Assembly (NCBI GenBank): GCA_049512075.1
Contig: JBEKXL010000007.1
Span: forward strand, 1-64,000
DNA from: Candidatus Bathyarchaeia archaeon
Lineage (GTDB): Archaea; Thermoproteota; Bathyarchaeia; Bathyarchaeales; Bathycorpusculaceae
Direction of reading: 5' to 3'
Length of the DNA: 64,000 nt
Shown one piece after another: positions 51,992 to 61,792 of the stretch. Both the position numbers and the translations under genes were made by a program. A model generated the notes under the pieces. It had not been told where the DNA came from. It did no database searches and worked only from the letters and a program-made list of their open reading frames with translations. Position 1 is the stretch's first letter. Each line of letters opens with the position of its first letter.

Positions 51992-52987
51992 ATGGCCAAA
52001 ATCTTCGTTTTAGCCGAGCACCGGCAAGGGCAAATCAGAGACATAACCTATGAGATGCTCACGAAAGCGCGAGAACTGTCCGAAAAGACCGGCTCAGAAC
52101 TGACAGCCCTTCTTCTTGGCAAAGACGTGAAAGAACATGCAAAGATGCTGGCAGAATACGCGAAGACCGTTGTACTGGTTGACGATGCCAAACTTGAAAA
52201 CTTCAACTCTGAAGCTTACAAGCAAATCTTGTCAACCCTAATCACCCAACACAAGCCCCTACTGGTCATGATGGGCCACACCTCCTACGGCGTGGACCTT
52301 GCCCCAAGATTGGCAACAGCGCTGAACCTGCCGCTCGCAACAGACTGCATAGATCTAGCATTTGAAAACGGCGCGCTCACCGTAACGCGGCAAATGTTCG
52401 GCGGCAAGGTAAACGTCAAAGCCGCTGCCAGAAAGGCTGAAACTTATATCACAACAGTTCGTCAGGCGACGTTCGCGCCGCAAAAACCCTCACCGCCCGC
52501 AAACGGACAAATCGTTGAGACCGCCTCACCTTTAACGGAGGAAATAGCCGAAAAGCGGTTCATACAGTACGTTTCGGCTCCCCCAGGCGGAGTTGACATA
52601 ACAGCCGCTGAGAAACTCGTGGGCATCGGTCGCGGAATAAAAGACGTCGCCAACATGCCAGTAGCAGATGAACTCGCAAAAACATTGGGCGGAGTACTTG
52701 CCTGTTCACGTCCAATCGTGGACAAAGGCTGGCTTCCCACAGATCGTCAAGTGGGCACTTCCGGAAAGACCGTGAAACCAAAACTGTATCTCGCCCTCGG
52801 AATCAGCGGTGCGTTCCAGCACGTGCTCGGAATGAAAAGCTCAGACCTGATAATAGCCGTGAACAAAGACCCCAAAGCACCAATTTTCAGCTACGCCGAC
52901 TACGCCGTGGTCGAAGACCTATTCAAAATAGTTCCTTCTCTAAGGAACAAAATAAATGAATCAAAAACGCAGAGGACCTGCAAGTAA
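51992..52987 (+). CDS. etfA: electron transfer flavoprotein alpha subunit
   Basis: GRG, SRPIVD, QVGTSGKTVKP, GISGAFQH. Confidence 0.95.
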   Translation: MAKIFVLAEHRQGQIRDITYEMLTKARELSEKTGSELTALLLGKDVKEHAKMLAEYAKTVVLVDDAKLENFNSEAYKQILSTLITQHKPLLVMMGHTSYGVDLAPRLATALNLPLATDCIDLAFENGALTVTRQMFGGKVNVKAAARKAETYITTVRQATFAPQKPSPPANGQIVETASPLTEEIAEKRFIQYVSAPPGGVDITAAEKLVGIGRGIKDVANMPVADELAKTLGGVLACSRPIVDKGWLPTDRQVGTSGKTVKPKLYLALGISGAFQHVLGMKSSDLIIAVNKDPKAPIFSYADYAVVEDLFKIVPSLRNKINESKTQRTCK

Positions 52988-53004
52988 CTAGGAGAGAAGA
53001 ACAG

Positions 53005-54156
53005 ATGGACTTCAAACTGAACGATGAACAACAGGAGATAAAACGTGCAGTTCGCGAATTCTGCACTAAAGAATTGACTCCAGAACTTGCGCTGGAGCTT
53101 GACCAAAAAGAAGAGTTCCCAATGGCCCTCTACAAAAAGGCTGCACAGCTCGGATTCACAAGCATGCGAATACCGCAGGAATACGATGGACAAGGGTACG
53201 GCGTGTTGGAAGACTGCTTGGCGGTCGAAGAAATGTGCCGAGCAGACCCAGGCCTGGGAGTCGCAATCTCGCTTGGAAACCTCATGGTTCCAGACGTCCT
53301 TCTGAAACACGGAAATGAAGAGCAAAAAAAGAAATACATCCCGCCTCTGGCAAGAGGCGACAAAATAGCTGCAGCAGCATTCACCGAACCCGAGCACGGT
53401 AGCGACATAACACGCATGGACTCAACCGCAGTGAGAAACGGAAACGAATGGACTATCAACGGAGCAAAAGAATTCATAACGAACGCCACCAGCGCCGACA
53501 CGTTCATCCTTCTCTGCCAATCAGACCCAAACGCTCAGCCTTCACACCGAGGACAAAGCATCTTCCTCGCAGAGAAAGGCACGTGCGGGCTCGAAGCAAC
53601 CAAACTACACGGGAAAATGGGCATCAAACCATGCGTAACAGGCTCACTTTCAATGGCCGACCTCAAGGTACCAGAAACCAACCTGGTAGGCGAACAGGGA
53701 AAAGGCTTCTACTACACGCTCGAACTCTTCGACGGAACCAGAATAACCGTCGCAGCCCAAGCAGTCGGCATGGCACAAGGAGCTTTTGAACGAGCACTAG
53801 CCTACGCGAAGACTCGGAAACAATTCGGGCAACCAATAATCAACTTCGAGGGCATTAGCTTCAAACTCGCAGAGATGATGATAAAAGTCGAGTCCGCTAG
53901 GCTAATGACGTACAAGGCAGCATGGCTCTACGACAAAGAAAAGCCGAACGCCGTTGCCACCTCAATGGCCAAGGCCTACGCAGGCCGCGTCGCAATGGAA
54001 GTGACAGACGATGCCATCCAGATCTTCGGAGGCTACGGTTACCTAGCCGACTACCACGTCGAACGATTCCACAGATGCGCAAAAATAACAGAAATCTACG
54101 AAGGCACGAGCGAAATGCAAAAATACACAATAGCCAACTACCTAGCCAAACAGTAG
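53005..54156 (+). CDS. acyl-CoA dehydrogenase
   Basis: FTEPEHGSD, GAKEFITN, RKQFG, QIFGGYG, IYEGTSE. Confidence 0.95.
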   Translation: MDFKLNDEQQEIKRAVREFCTKELTPELALELDQKEEFPMALYKKAAQLGFTSMRIPQEYDGQGYGVLEDCLAVEEMCRADPGLGVAISLGNLMVPDVLLKHGNEEQKKKYIPPLARGDKIAAAAFTEPEHGSDITRMDSTAVRNGNEWTINGAKEFITNATSADTFILLCQSDPNAQPSHRGQSIFLAEKGTCGLEATKLHGKMGIKPCVTGSLSMADLKVPETNLVGEQGKGFYYTLELFDGTRITVAAQAVGMAQGAFERALAYAKTRKQFGQPIINFEGISFKLAEMMIKVESARLMTYKAAWLYDKEKPNAVATSMAKAYAGRVAMEVTDDAIQIFGGYGYLADYHVERFHRCAKITEIYEGTSEMQKYTIANYLAKQ

Positions 54157-54237
54157 CGGTCCCCTTCTTCCTTTTTCGCTCTGCAATCTAAAAGCACAAA
54201 TTCACAAGTCTTATTACCATTCTTCGTCCACTCTAGA

Positions 54238-55449
54238 ATGTCCAACGGAGGAAACATTTTGACAGCTGAAAAGATAAAGAAGGCAACGGTCATCGGCTCT
54301 GGTTCAATGGGCCATGGAATAACTCAACTCTTGGCAATGAACGGGTGCGAAGTCACCATGGTGGACATAAACGATGAAATACTGCAGAAAGCCAAGGAAA
54401 AAATAAAGTGGAGCCTCGGCAAGCTCGCTGAGAAGAAACGCATAAGACAAGAAGACGCTGACGCAGCGCTGGCGCGGATAGCCACCACTACCAGCTATGA
54501 GCAAGCAGGCAAGGACATTGACTTTGCAATAGAAGCCTCTCCCGAAAACATAGAGCTGAAGAGAACCGTTTTCGCCAAACTTGACCAAGTAACCCCTCCG
54601 CATGCCATACTGGCGTCTAACACGTCAACACTGAGCATAACAGAAATGGGAAAAGCAACCAAACGCCCAGATAGAGTGGCTGGGATGCACTTCTTCAATC
54701 CACCTCAAATGATGGCGTTAGTCGAAGTTATCAAAGGAGACAGCACAAGCCCAGAAACCATCACAACCTTGGCGGAGCTGGCTAGGAAACTCGGAAAAAC
54801 ACCGATAATCGTGAGAAAGGACGTGCGAGGCTTTATCGTCAACCGTGTACTCGGAGCTGTTTTCAACGAGGCCTTCTGGGCTTACCAACGGAAAGAAGCA
54901 ACCATGGAAGGAATCGACGCCTCAGTAAAGTACACGGGCGGTTTCCCAATGGGATGGTTCGAACTCGCTGACTTTGTCGGGCTCGACATAGCCTACGAGG
55001 TTGGGAGAATACTCTACGAGGCTTACGGCGAAAGGTTCAAACCGTGCTCAGAAGTAATCGACCCCTTGATAAAAGACCATAAGTTCGGACAGAAAACGGG
55101 CGTGGGCTTCTACGACTGGACAAAGGGTCGGCCGAGGATACCGTTCAACATGCTGGACGAGTATGACGTCGACAGGTCATGGGCAGTCGCCGCGAACGAG
55201 GCTGCTTGGCTGATTTATGACGAAGCTGCAAACCCTGAAGACATCGACACGGGAATGAAACTGGGAACATACTGGCCCTCGGGTCCATGCGAACACGCAG
55301 ACCGGGCAGGGCTAGACGCAATTGTCGGCAAGCTTAAAGAGCTGTACGCGAAGTACACTATGGAAATGTACAAACCTTGCCCCATCCTCGAAGAGTATGT
55401 GAGCAAGGGGTGGACTGGAAAGAAAGCTGGAAGGGGGTTTTACAAATGA
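54238..55449 (+). CDS. 3-hydroxyacyl-CoA dehydrogenase (duplicated C-terminal domain)
   Basis: GSGSMGHG, SNTS, MHFFNP, GFIVNR. Confidence 0.94.
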   Translation: MSNGGNILTAEKIKKATVIGSGSMGHGITQLLAMNGCEVTMVDINDEILQKAKEKIKWSLGKLAEKKRIRQEDADAALARIATTTSYEQAGKDIDFAIEASPENIELKRTVFAKLDQVTPPHAILASNTSTLSITEMGKATKRPDRVAGMHFFNPPQMMALVEVIKGDSTSPETITTLAELARKLGKTPIIVRKDVRGFIVNRVLGAVFNEAFWAYQRKEATMEGIDASVKYTGGFPMGWFELADFVGLDIAYEVGRILYEAYGERFKPCSEVIDPLIKDHKFGQKTGVGFYDWTKGRPRIPFNMLDEYDVDRSWAVAANEAAWLIYDEAANPEDIDTGMKLGTYWPSGPCEHADRAGLDAIVGKLKELYAKYTMEMYKPCPILEEYVSKGWTGKKAGRGFYK

Positions 55450-56600
55450 AATTCGAGTTGACAGAAGAACAACTTCACATCAAGAATGCCGTCCGAGAGT
55501 TTTGCCAAAAAGAGTTCAAACTCGAACTGGCGCTGGAGCTTGACAAGAAAGAGGAATATCCACTGGACTTGTACAAGGCCGCTGCGAAGCTGGGTTTTAC
55601 GAGCATGTCTTTTCCAGAAGAATACGGCGGTCAAGGATGCGGACTGTTCGAGACTTGCATCGCAGTAGAAGAGATGTGCCGGGGCGACTCCTCATTAGGT
55701 GTGGCAATTTCGAGCGGCAACTTCGGAAGCGAATTCATCCTCGAACACGGAACCAAAGAACAGAAAGAAAAATACCTGCCCCCCATATGCAAGGGCGACT
55801 ATCTTTCTGCGGCAGCGTTCACTGAGCCAAACATCAGCGGAAGCGAAATAACCAAAATGGAAACCACGGCAACAAAATACGGAAACGAATGGTGGATAAG
55901 CGGCCAGAAGACCTTCATAACAAACGCCACTATGGCGGATTTCGTCGTTGTTCTTGCACAAACGGACACGAAAATCAGACCCACTCACCGAGGAGAAACA
56001 TTGTTCGTGGTTGAAAAGGGAACCGCGGGCTTTGAAGCCACAAAGCTCCATAACAAAATGGGAATAAGGGCCTCCACGACGGGTGAACTCAACTTCGACA
56101 ACGTCAAAGTCACGGACTGGAACATAGTCGGCGAACTGAACAAAGGCTTCTACTATTCCATGGCATTCTTCGATAAGACAAGAGTAGGCGTTGCAGCACA
56201 AGCCACCGGAATGGCGCAAGGAGCTTGGGAAATAGCGTTCAAGTACGCAAAACAGAGGGAGGCTTCTGGGGCTCCGATATTGCAGCACGAAGCAATCGGC
56301 GTGACACTGGCTGAAATGGCCACGAAAATCGAAGCCGCAAGGCTGTTAACGTACAAGGCGGCTTCATTGGTTGACGAAGGAAAAATGGATCCCATGGCAA
56401 CAGCAATGGCGAAGTACTACGCTTCTCACGTTGCGATGGAAGTCACGAACGGGGCAATCCAAACTCTGGGAGGCTACGGATACTTCGGCGAGTACAGAGT
56501 TGAAAAATACCATCGTGACGCAAAAATAACTGAAATCTACGAGGGAACTTCTGAAATTCAAAAACTTCAAGTGCTCAAGTACCTCCTCAGCAAATACTAG
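55446..56600 (+). CDS. acyl-CoA dehydrogenase
   Basis: FTEP, GQKTFITN, QTLGGYG, IYEGTSE; start MKFEL overlaps previous stop. Confidence 0.95.
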   Translation: MKFELTEEQLHIKNAVREFCQKEFKLELALELDKKEEYPLDLYKAAAKLGFTSMSFPEEYGGQGCGLFETCIAVEEMCRGDSSLGVAISSGNFGSEFILEHGTKEQKEKYLPPICKGDYLSAAAFTEPNISGSEITKMETTATKYGNEWWISGQKTFITNATMADFVVVLAQTDTKIRPTHRGETLFVVEKGTAGFEATKLHNKMGIRASTTGELNFDNVKVTDWNIVGELNKGFYYSMAFFDKTRVGVAAQATGMAQGAWEIAFKYAKQREASGAPILQHEAIGVTLAEMATKIEAARLLTYKAASLVDEGKMDPMATAMAKYYASHVAMEVTNGAIQTLGGYGYFGEYRVEKYHRDAKITEIYEGTSEIQKLQVLKYLLSKY

Positions 56601-56660
56601 CAAATCATGCGCAAAAAAAGTCATATATGTTTACAGAAGTAACTCTGTAGTAGGTGATAT

Positions 56661-57452
56661 TTGTTGAGCAAGTCGTATGAAACCATCAAAGTAGAAAGAG
56701 AACAGAACACGCTGTGGATAATACTGAACAGACAACATCGATTGAACGCCTTCAATGACGTTTTGCTTGAGGAGCTCGGCGACATGCTGGAAACCGCTGA
56801 GAAAGACCCAACTGTCAAGTGCGTTGTAATTACTGGCGACGGAGACAGAGCCTTCAGCGCAGGTGCAGACGTAACCATGTTTCCGAAGGCAACTCCGGTT
56901 AAGGCTGAGGAATTCTCAAGAGCAGGTCAGAAGACTTTCGGCAAGATAGAAGAAATGAGTAAGCCAGTTATAGCTGCGATCAACGGCTTCGCGCTCGGCG
57001 GAGGCTTGGAGCTAGCGTTGGCGTGCGACTTCAGAGTGGCTGCTGAACACGCAGAGCTTGGAAGCCCCGAAATTGCCCTAGGACTGATACCGGGATGGGG
57101 TGGAACCCAAAGACTTGTCAGAATCATAGGATTGCCCAGAGCCAAGGATCTTGTGATGCTTGGAAACAGAGTGAAAGCGGATGAGGCTCTGAGAATCGGG
57201 TTGGTGCACAAGGTCGTGCATTACGAGAAGCTGCGAGAAGAGGTCGGGGAGATGGCGAAGAAGCTTTCAGAAGGTCCACCGATAGCTATGAAATACGCCA
57301 AGAGCGCGCTAAACTACGGAACACAAGTGCCTCTAGAAGTCGGATTGAGATTGGAAGCAGGGTTGATGGGCTTGGCATTTTCCACTGAGGATCTCAAGGA
57401 AGGCGTCGAGGCTATGATGTCCAAGAGGAAGCCCGAGTTCAAAGGAAAATGA
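56661..57452 (+). CDS. enoyl-CoA hydratase (crotonase)
   Basis: FSAGAD, GFALGGGLE, PE..LGLIPGWGGTQRL. Confidence 0.95.
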   Translation: MLSKSYETIKVEREQNTLWIILNRQHRLNAFNDVLLEELGDMLETAEKDPTVKCVVITGDGDRAFSAGADVTMFPKATPVKAEEFSRAGQKTFGKIEEMSKPVIAAINGFALGGGLELALACDFRVAAEHAELGSPEIALGLIPGWGGTQRLVRIIGLPRAKDLVMLGNRVKADEALRIGLVHKVVHYEKLREEVGEMAKKLSEGPPIAMKYAKSALNYGTQVPLEVGLRLEAGLMGLAFSTEDLKEGVEAMMSKRKPEFKGK

Positions 57453-57512
57453 TCTCTTACCTGTTTTTCTTTGTTATTTCCAAGTAAATCAAGAATAACG
57501 GATGTGGTTAGG

Positions 57513-58685
57513 TTGAGAAAGGTAGCGATCATAGGTGTTGGCAGCTCGAAGTTCGGTGTAAGAAACGACGTGACTATTTCGGAACTTGCGTTTGAAGCGG
57601 TTAAACCTTCTCTTGAAGACGCGGATCTAGCCGCGGAAGACATAGAGTTTGTCGCCCTTGGCTCAGTGGGAGCCGGAGCTTGGTACGAAGAGCTGCTTCC
57701 AGCGGTCGTGATCTCAGAGTATTGCGGCATGACCAAAGCGGGGTTGGTTCGCTGCGAAGCTGCGTGTGCAAGCGGCAGTGCGGCTTTCTTCACTGCCTAT
57801 TCAGCCATTGCCAGCGGTCAGGCTGACATTGCCATGGCATTGGGCGCTGAGAAGATGAGGGAAATCGATTCAGCTACAGCCATGGAGTGGATTGGAAGGG
57901 CTGGATACTACCTCTGGGAATTCCACAACTTCGGCGTCACGTTCCCAGCATACTATGCCCTGTACGCCAGCGCGCACATGGCCAAGTACGGGACCACTGA
58001 AGAAGACTTGGCCTTGGTTGCCGTTAAGAACCACAAGTACGGTTCGATGAATCCGATTGCACATCTGCGAAACCGAGTGACGGTTGAAGACGTATTGTCC
58101 TCGATGGTCATTGCCTACCCTCTCAAACTGTATGACTGCTGTCCCTTGACGGATGGTGCCTCTTCCCTCATTCTTGCTTCCGAAGAGAAAGTCAAAGAAT
58201 TGAAGATTGACACTCCCGTGTGGGTGGCTGGAATTGGCTATTCTTCCGGGACGGCAAATCTGAGCAAGAGATCAGATTTCGTTGGGTTGGAGGCCAGTGT
58301 CTTGGCCTCTGAGAGAGCGTACAAGGCCGCTGGAGTCACGCCGGATCAGATTGAGGTTGCCGAAGTTCACGACTGCTTCACTATTGCAGAGATAATGGCC
58401 TACGAAGACATTGGACTGTGCAAAAAAGGTGAAGGCGTCAAACTCTTGCGCGAAGGACAAACAGAGATAGGCGGGAAGATACCCGTCAACATGGACGGAG
58501 GACTGAAGGCTAAGGGGCATCCGATAGGTACAACAGGTTGTGCAATGATTTACGAGCTAACCAAGCAACTCAGAGAAGAAGCAGTTGAAAAAACAAGACA
58601 AGTACCATTGAAAAACTACATCGCCCTCGCACACAACGTCGGCGGAACCGGCCACTACTGCTACGTCACAATTCTGAAGAGGTGA
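57513..58685 (+). CDS. thiolase (archaeal/SCP2-like)
   Basis: EAACASG, EVHDCF, GLKAKGHPIG, HNVGG; start approximate. Confidence 0.93.
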   Translation: MRKVAIIGVGSSKFGVRNDVTISELAFEAVKPSLEDADLAAEDIEFVALGSVGAGAWYEELLPAVVISEYCGMTKAGLVRCEAACASGSAAFFTAYSAIASGQADIAMALGAEKMREIDSATAMEWIGRAGYYLWEFHNFGVTFPAYYALYASAHMAKYGTTEEDLALVAVKNHKYGSMNPIAHLRNRVTVEDVLSSMVIAYPLKLYDCCPLTDGASSLILASEEKVKELKIDTPVWVAGIGYSSGTANLSKRSDFVGLEASVLASERAYKAAGVTPDQIEVAEVHDCFTIAEIMAYEDIGLCKKGEGVKLLREGQTEIGGKIPVNMDGGLKAKGHPIGTTGCAMIYELTKQLREEAVEKTRQVPLKNYIALAHNVGGTGHYCYVTILKR

Positions 58686-59122
58686 GTCATGTGTCGATGC
58701 CGTCAATCAAATCCAGAAAAATAGACATCGTTCAGGACATCCCTATAAGCAAGAGCCTGAAGTTCTGGGAAGGCCTGAAAGAAGGAAAAGTCTACGCTAC
58801 CAAGTGCAAAGCTTGTGGAAAAATATTCTTCCCTCCGAACGCCGACTGCCCCGAGTGTTTGACGAACGATTTGGAGTGGGTTGAGCTTAGCAATGAAGCA
58901 GAGGTCGAAACCTTCACGCACGTGGTGATAAGACCTACCACTTTCCAACAGAACAAACCATACACCGTTGCAATCGGAAAGCTGAAAGAAGGCGTAAAAG
59001 TTCTTGCTTGGCTATTAGGATTCAAACTTTCAGAAATCAAGGTTGGCATGAAAGTGAAACTGATTGCCAAAACTTCAATGGAAGGAAATCCAACGTACGA
59101 ATTTGTGCCCCTTCAACAATAA
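58682..59122 (+). CDS. DUF35 zinc-ribbon/OB-fold thiolase partner
   Basis: CKACG..FPP..DCPEC then OB fold; coupled to thiolase. Confidence 0.92.
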   Translation: MSHVSMPSIKSRKIDIVQDIPISKSLKFWEGLKEGKVYATKCKACGKIFFPPNADCPECLTNDLEWVELSNEAEVETFTHVVIRPTTFQQNKPYTVAIGKLKEGVKVLAWLLGFKLSEIKVGMKVKLIAKTSMEGNPTYEFVPLQQ

Positions 59123-59143
59123 TTGGCGTTGATTCAGCGGATT

Positions 59144-59947
59144 CTACTTCCACCTTTCTATCCATTCCATCGTCTTCGATATCAACTCGTCTTCCTTCCC
59201 CTCGTAAGTGGGACCTGCGGATTTTATTACCATGAGTGTTTTCGGATCGTGTGCCGAAGAGAAGACCTTACGCGCCTCATCTTCACTATGAATGACGTCT
59301 GAGTCCCCTATCACGATCAGTACCGGAGTATCCTTCAGTTTTGAAATCTCTTCACACTCATTCAGCTTCATGAGTTTTTCCCGCACATACCTCAGACGCA
59401 AGCTTATCCCGAAGACTTCAAGTCTGAACAGTCTCGAAACGTTCAAGAATCGATCTATTCTAGAAAGTAACAGGAAAGTGTAAAGGCCTGATTTCCCCCT
59501 TGTGCGGGTTATGAACTTCTTAACGTTATAGTCGTGGTCCTTGGGAGGGGACCAAAGGACTAGTCCCTTGATTCGATTCCCGTTCTGAACCGCGCAGAGT
59601 GAAACAGCAGCGCCTAAGCTGTGCCCAACAATGAAGATGTTATCCGGCTTGACTTCAGGTCTGGAAGCCAAGTAGTCCATGGCGCACTTCACGTCTTGTT
59701 GTTCGCCGAGGCCGTAGTCAAATTCACCACTGCTTTTCCCGACTCCGCGAAAATCGAACAAAAAAGAAACAAATCCACTTTGGCAAGCTCTTTCAGCCAA
59801 CATGGAATAGATTTTCAATCCATGATAGCCTCGAACATCCATAAAGTGACAGATCAGGATTCCAGGTGCGGGGCAGTGATCTGGAACACACATTTCGCCG
59901 TAAAGCTTGACGTTTCCGCACCGTATCCATGCTTCTTCGACTTTCAC
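59144..59947 (-). CDS. alpha/beta hydrolase
   Basis: FDFRGVGKSSG, GHSLG; start moved to GTG to avoid overlap with fadD. Confidence 0.85.
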   Translation of the reverse strand: MKVEEAWIRCGNVKLYGEMCVPDHCPAPGILICHFMDVRGYHGLKIYSMLAERACQSGFVSFLFDFRGVGKSSGEFDYGLGEQQDVKCAMDYLASRPEVKPDNIFIVGHSLGAAVSLCAVQNGNRIKGLVLWSPPKDHDYNVKKFITRTRGKSGLYTFLLLSRIDRFLNVSRLFRLEVFGISLRLRYVREKLMKLNECEEISKLKDTPVLIVIGDSDVIHSEDEARKVFSSAHDPKTLMVIKSAGPTYEGKEDELISKTMEWIERWK

Positions 59948-60014
59948 TGACGATCCATCCGTGGAAAATATTATTACTTCTAGTAATCCTATATATTTAA
60001 GAATAGGGCTGTTT

Positions 60015-61733
60015 ATGTCTGTTAAGAAAAAGAGCAGAAAAGAACCAAGTCCAATCGAAAAACCTTGGTTCAAGTTTTGGCCTGAAGATGTTCCAAGACA
60101 CATTGAATACCCTAGTGTTCCACTTTCTGAAATTCTGAGAAAAACCGCCGAAAACAATCCCAACCAAACCGCAATAATCTATTTTGACAGAGGAATAACC
60201 TACAGAGAGCTGGATCAAGCCTCTGATCGTTTTGCGGCTGCGCTTGCGGCTCTTGAAGTAAAGAAGGGTGATAAAGTCGCAATTTTCCTACCGAACATCC
60301 CTCAGTTTGTAATATCGTATTACGGCACTCTGAGGCTTGGAGCTATCGAGACGGCTATAAGCCCGTTGTACAAGGAGCGCGAGGTTGAGCACCAGCTCAA
60401 TGATTCCGAAGCTGAAACCATCGTCATCCTGGATGCGCTTTACCCGATATTGGAGAACGTCGTTGCCAGAACCAAGGTCAAGAGAATCATTTTCACAGGC
60501 TTGAAGGATTTCATGCCGACTGGCACCGCACTGTTGGGTTCACTGCTCAGGAAGATTCCATCGTATAGGGTTGAACCAAAACCGGGAACATACTCTTTCA
60601 AAGAACTTCTAAAAGAGTATGACGCGAAGCCTCCGAAAGTTGACATCGACCCCCAAGAGGATCTAGCCGCCCTGCAGTATACTGGCGGAACGACTGGAAT
60701 TTCAAAAGGAGCAATGCTCACGCACATGAACCTGGTATCAAACGCAGTCATGTGTGCCGAATGGCTTAAGGGAAAACAGGCTGAAGAAAAGTTTCTAACG
60801 GTTCTGCCCCTGTTCCACATATACGGAATGACGACAGGAATGAATGCTCCAATATACCTTGCCGGAAAAATGGTCTTGCTTCCACGCTTCGACGCGGCTG
60901 TCACCCTCGAGGCCATCGAAAAAAACAAGGTCACGGTGTTCTGTGGCGCTCCAACAATGTACGCGATGCTTCTTGCTCATCCAAAGGTCAACAACTTCGA
61001 TCTGTCATCGGTTCACTTCTGCATTTCCGGTTCGGCCCCGCTGCCCCCTGAAATTCAGAAAAAATGGATGGAAGTAACAAAGGGAGTTCTCGTCGAAGGT
61101 TACGGGCTGACAGAGTCTTCTCCGGTCACTCATTGTAACCCTCTTGACCCCACTATGAAAACAGTGAAAGTAGGCTCCATCGGCCTGCCTTGGCCAGACA
61201 CGGATGCGAAAATCATGGATGCGGAAACAGGGGAAACAGAGCTGGGCGTCAATCAGGACGGAGAGCTTGCCGTTAAGGGACCTCAAGTTATGAAGGGCTA
61301 CTGGAAGATACCTGAAGAATCTGGAGCTGTTCTGCGAAACGGATGGCTCTACACGGGAGACATCGGCAAGATGGACGAAGACGGCTACTTCTACATTACA
61401 GACAGGAAGAAGGATCTCATCAAATACAAGGGCTACAGCGTTTACCCGAGGGAAATTGAAGACGTCATTTATGAACACCCAGCTGTCAAACTCTGTGCAG
61501 TCATCGGTAAACCGGATGCGGTCGCAGGTGAGATTCCGAAAGCCTTCGTCGTGCTTAAAGAAGGGAAAACGGCAACCGCAGATGAGATTAAAGAATTCGC
61601 GAACGGCAAAATGGCACCCTACAAAGCAGTAAGAGAAGTCGAATTCAGAACTGAGCTACCCATGACTCTGGTGGGCAAGGTTCTGAGAAGAGTGCTTCAA
61701 GAAGAGGAGAAGCAGAAGACAGCCAAAGCCTGA
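60015..61733 (+). CDS. fadD: long-chain acyl-CoA synthetase
   Basis: YTGGTTGISKG, EGYGLTE, TGDIG, DRKKD. Confidence 0.95.
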   Translation: MSVKKKSRKEPSPIEKPWFKFWPEDVPRHIEYPSVPLSEILRKTAENNPNQTAIIYFDRGITYRELDQASDRFAAALAALEVKKGDKVAIFLPNIPQFVISYYGTLRLGAIETAISPLYKEREVEHQLNDSEAETIVILDALYPILENVVARTKVKRIIFTGLKDFMPTGTALLGSLLRKIPSYRVEPKPGTYSFKELLKEYDAKPPKVDIDPQEDLAALQYTGGTTGISKGAMLTHMNLVSNAVMCAEWLKGKQAEEKFLTVLPLFHIYGMTTGMNAPIYLAGKMVLLPRFDAAVTLEAIEKNKVTVFCGAPTMYAMLLAHPKVNNFDLSSVHFCISGSAPLPPEIQKKWMEVTKGVLVEGYGLTESSPVTHCNPLDPTMKTVKVGSIGLPWPDTDAKIMDAETGETELGVNQDGELAVKGPQVMKGYWKIPEESGAVLRNGWLYTGDIGKMDEDGYFYITDRKKDLIKYKGYSVYPREIEDVIYEHPAVKLCAVIGKPDAVAGEIPKAFVVLKEGKTATADEIKEFANGKMAPYKAVREVEFRTELPMTLVGKVLRRVLQEEEKQKTAKA

Positions 61734-61792
61734 AACATCGTTAATTCTTCCGTCGCAAGTAAACGCACGCCTTGCTCCTTTCCAAAGAGGGG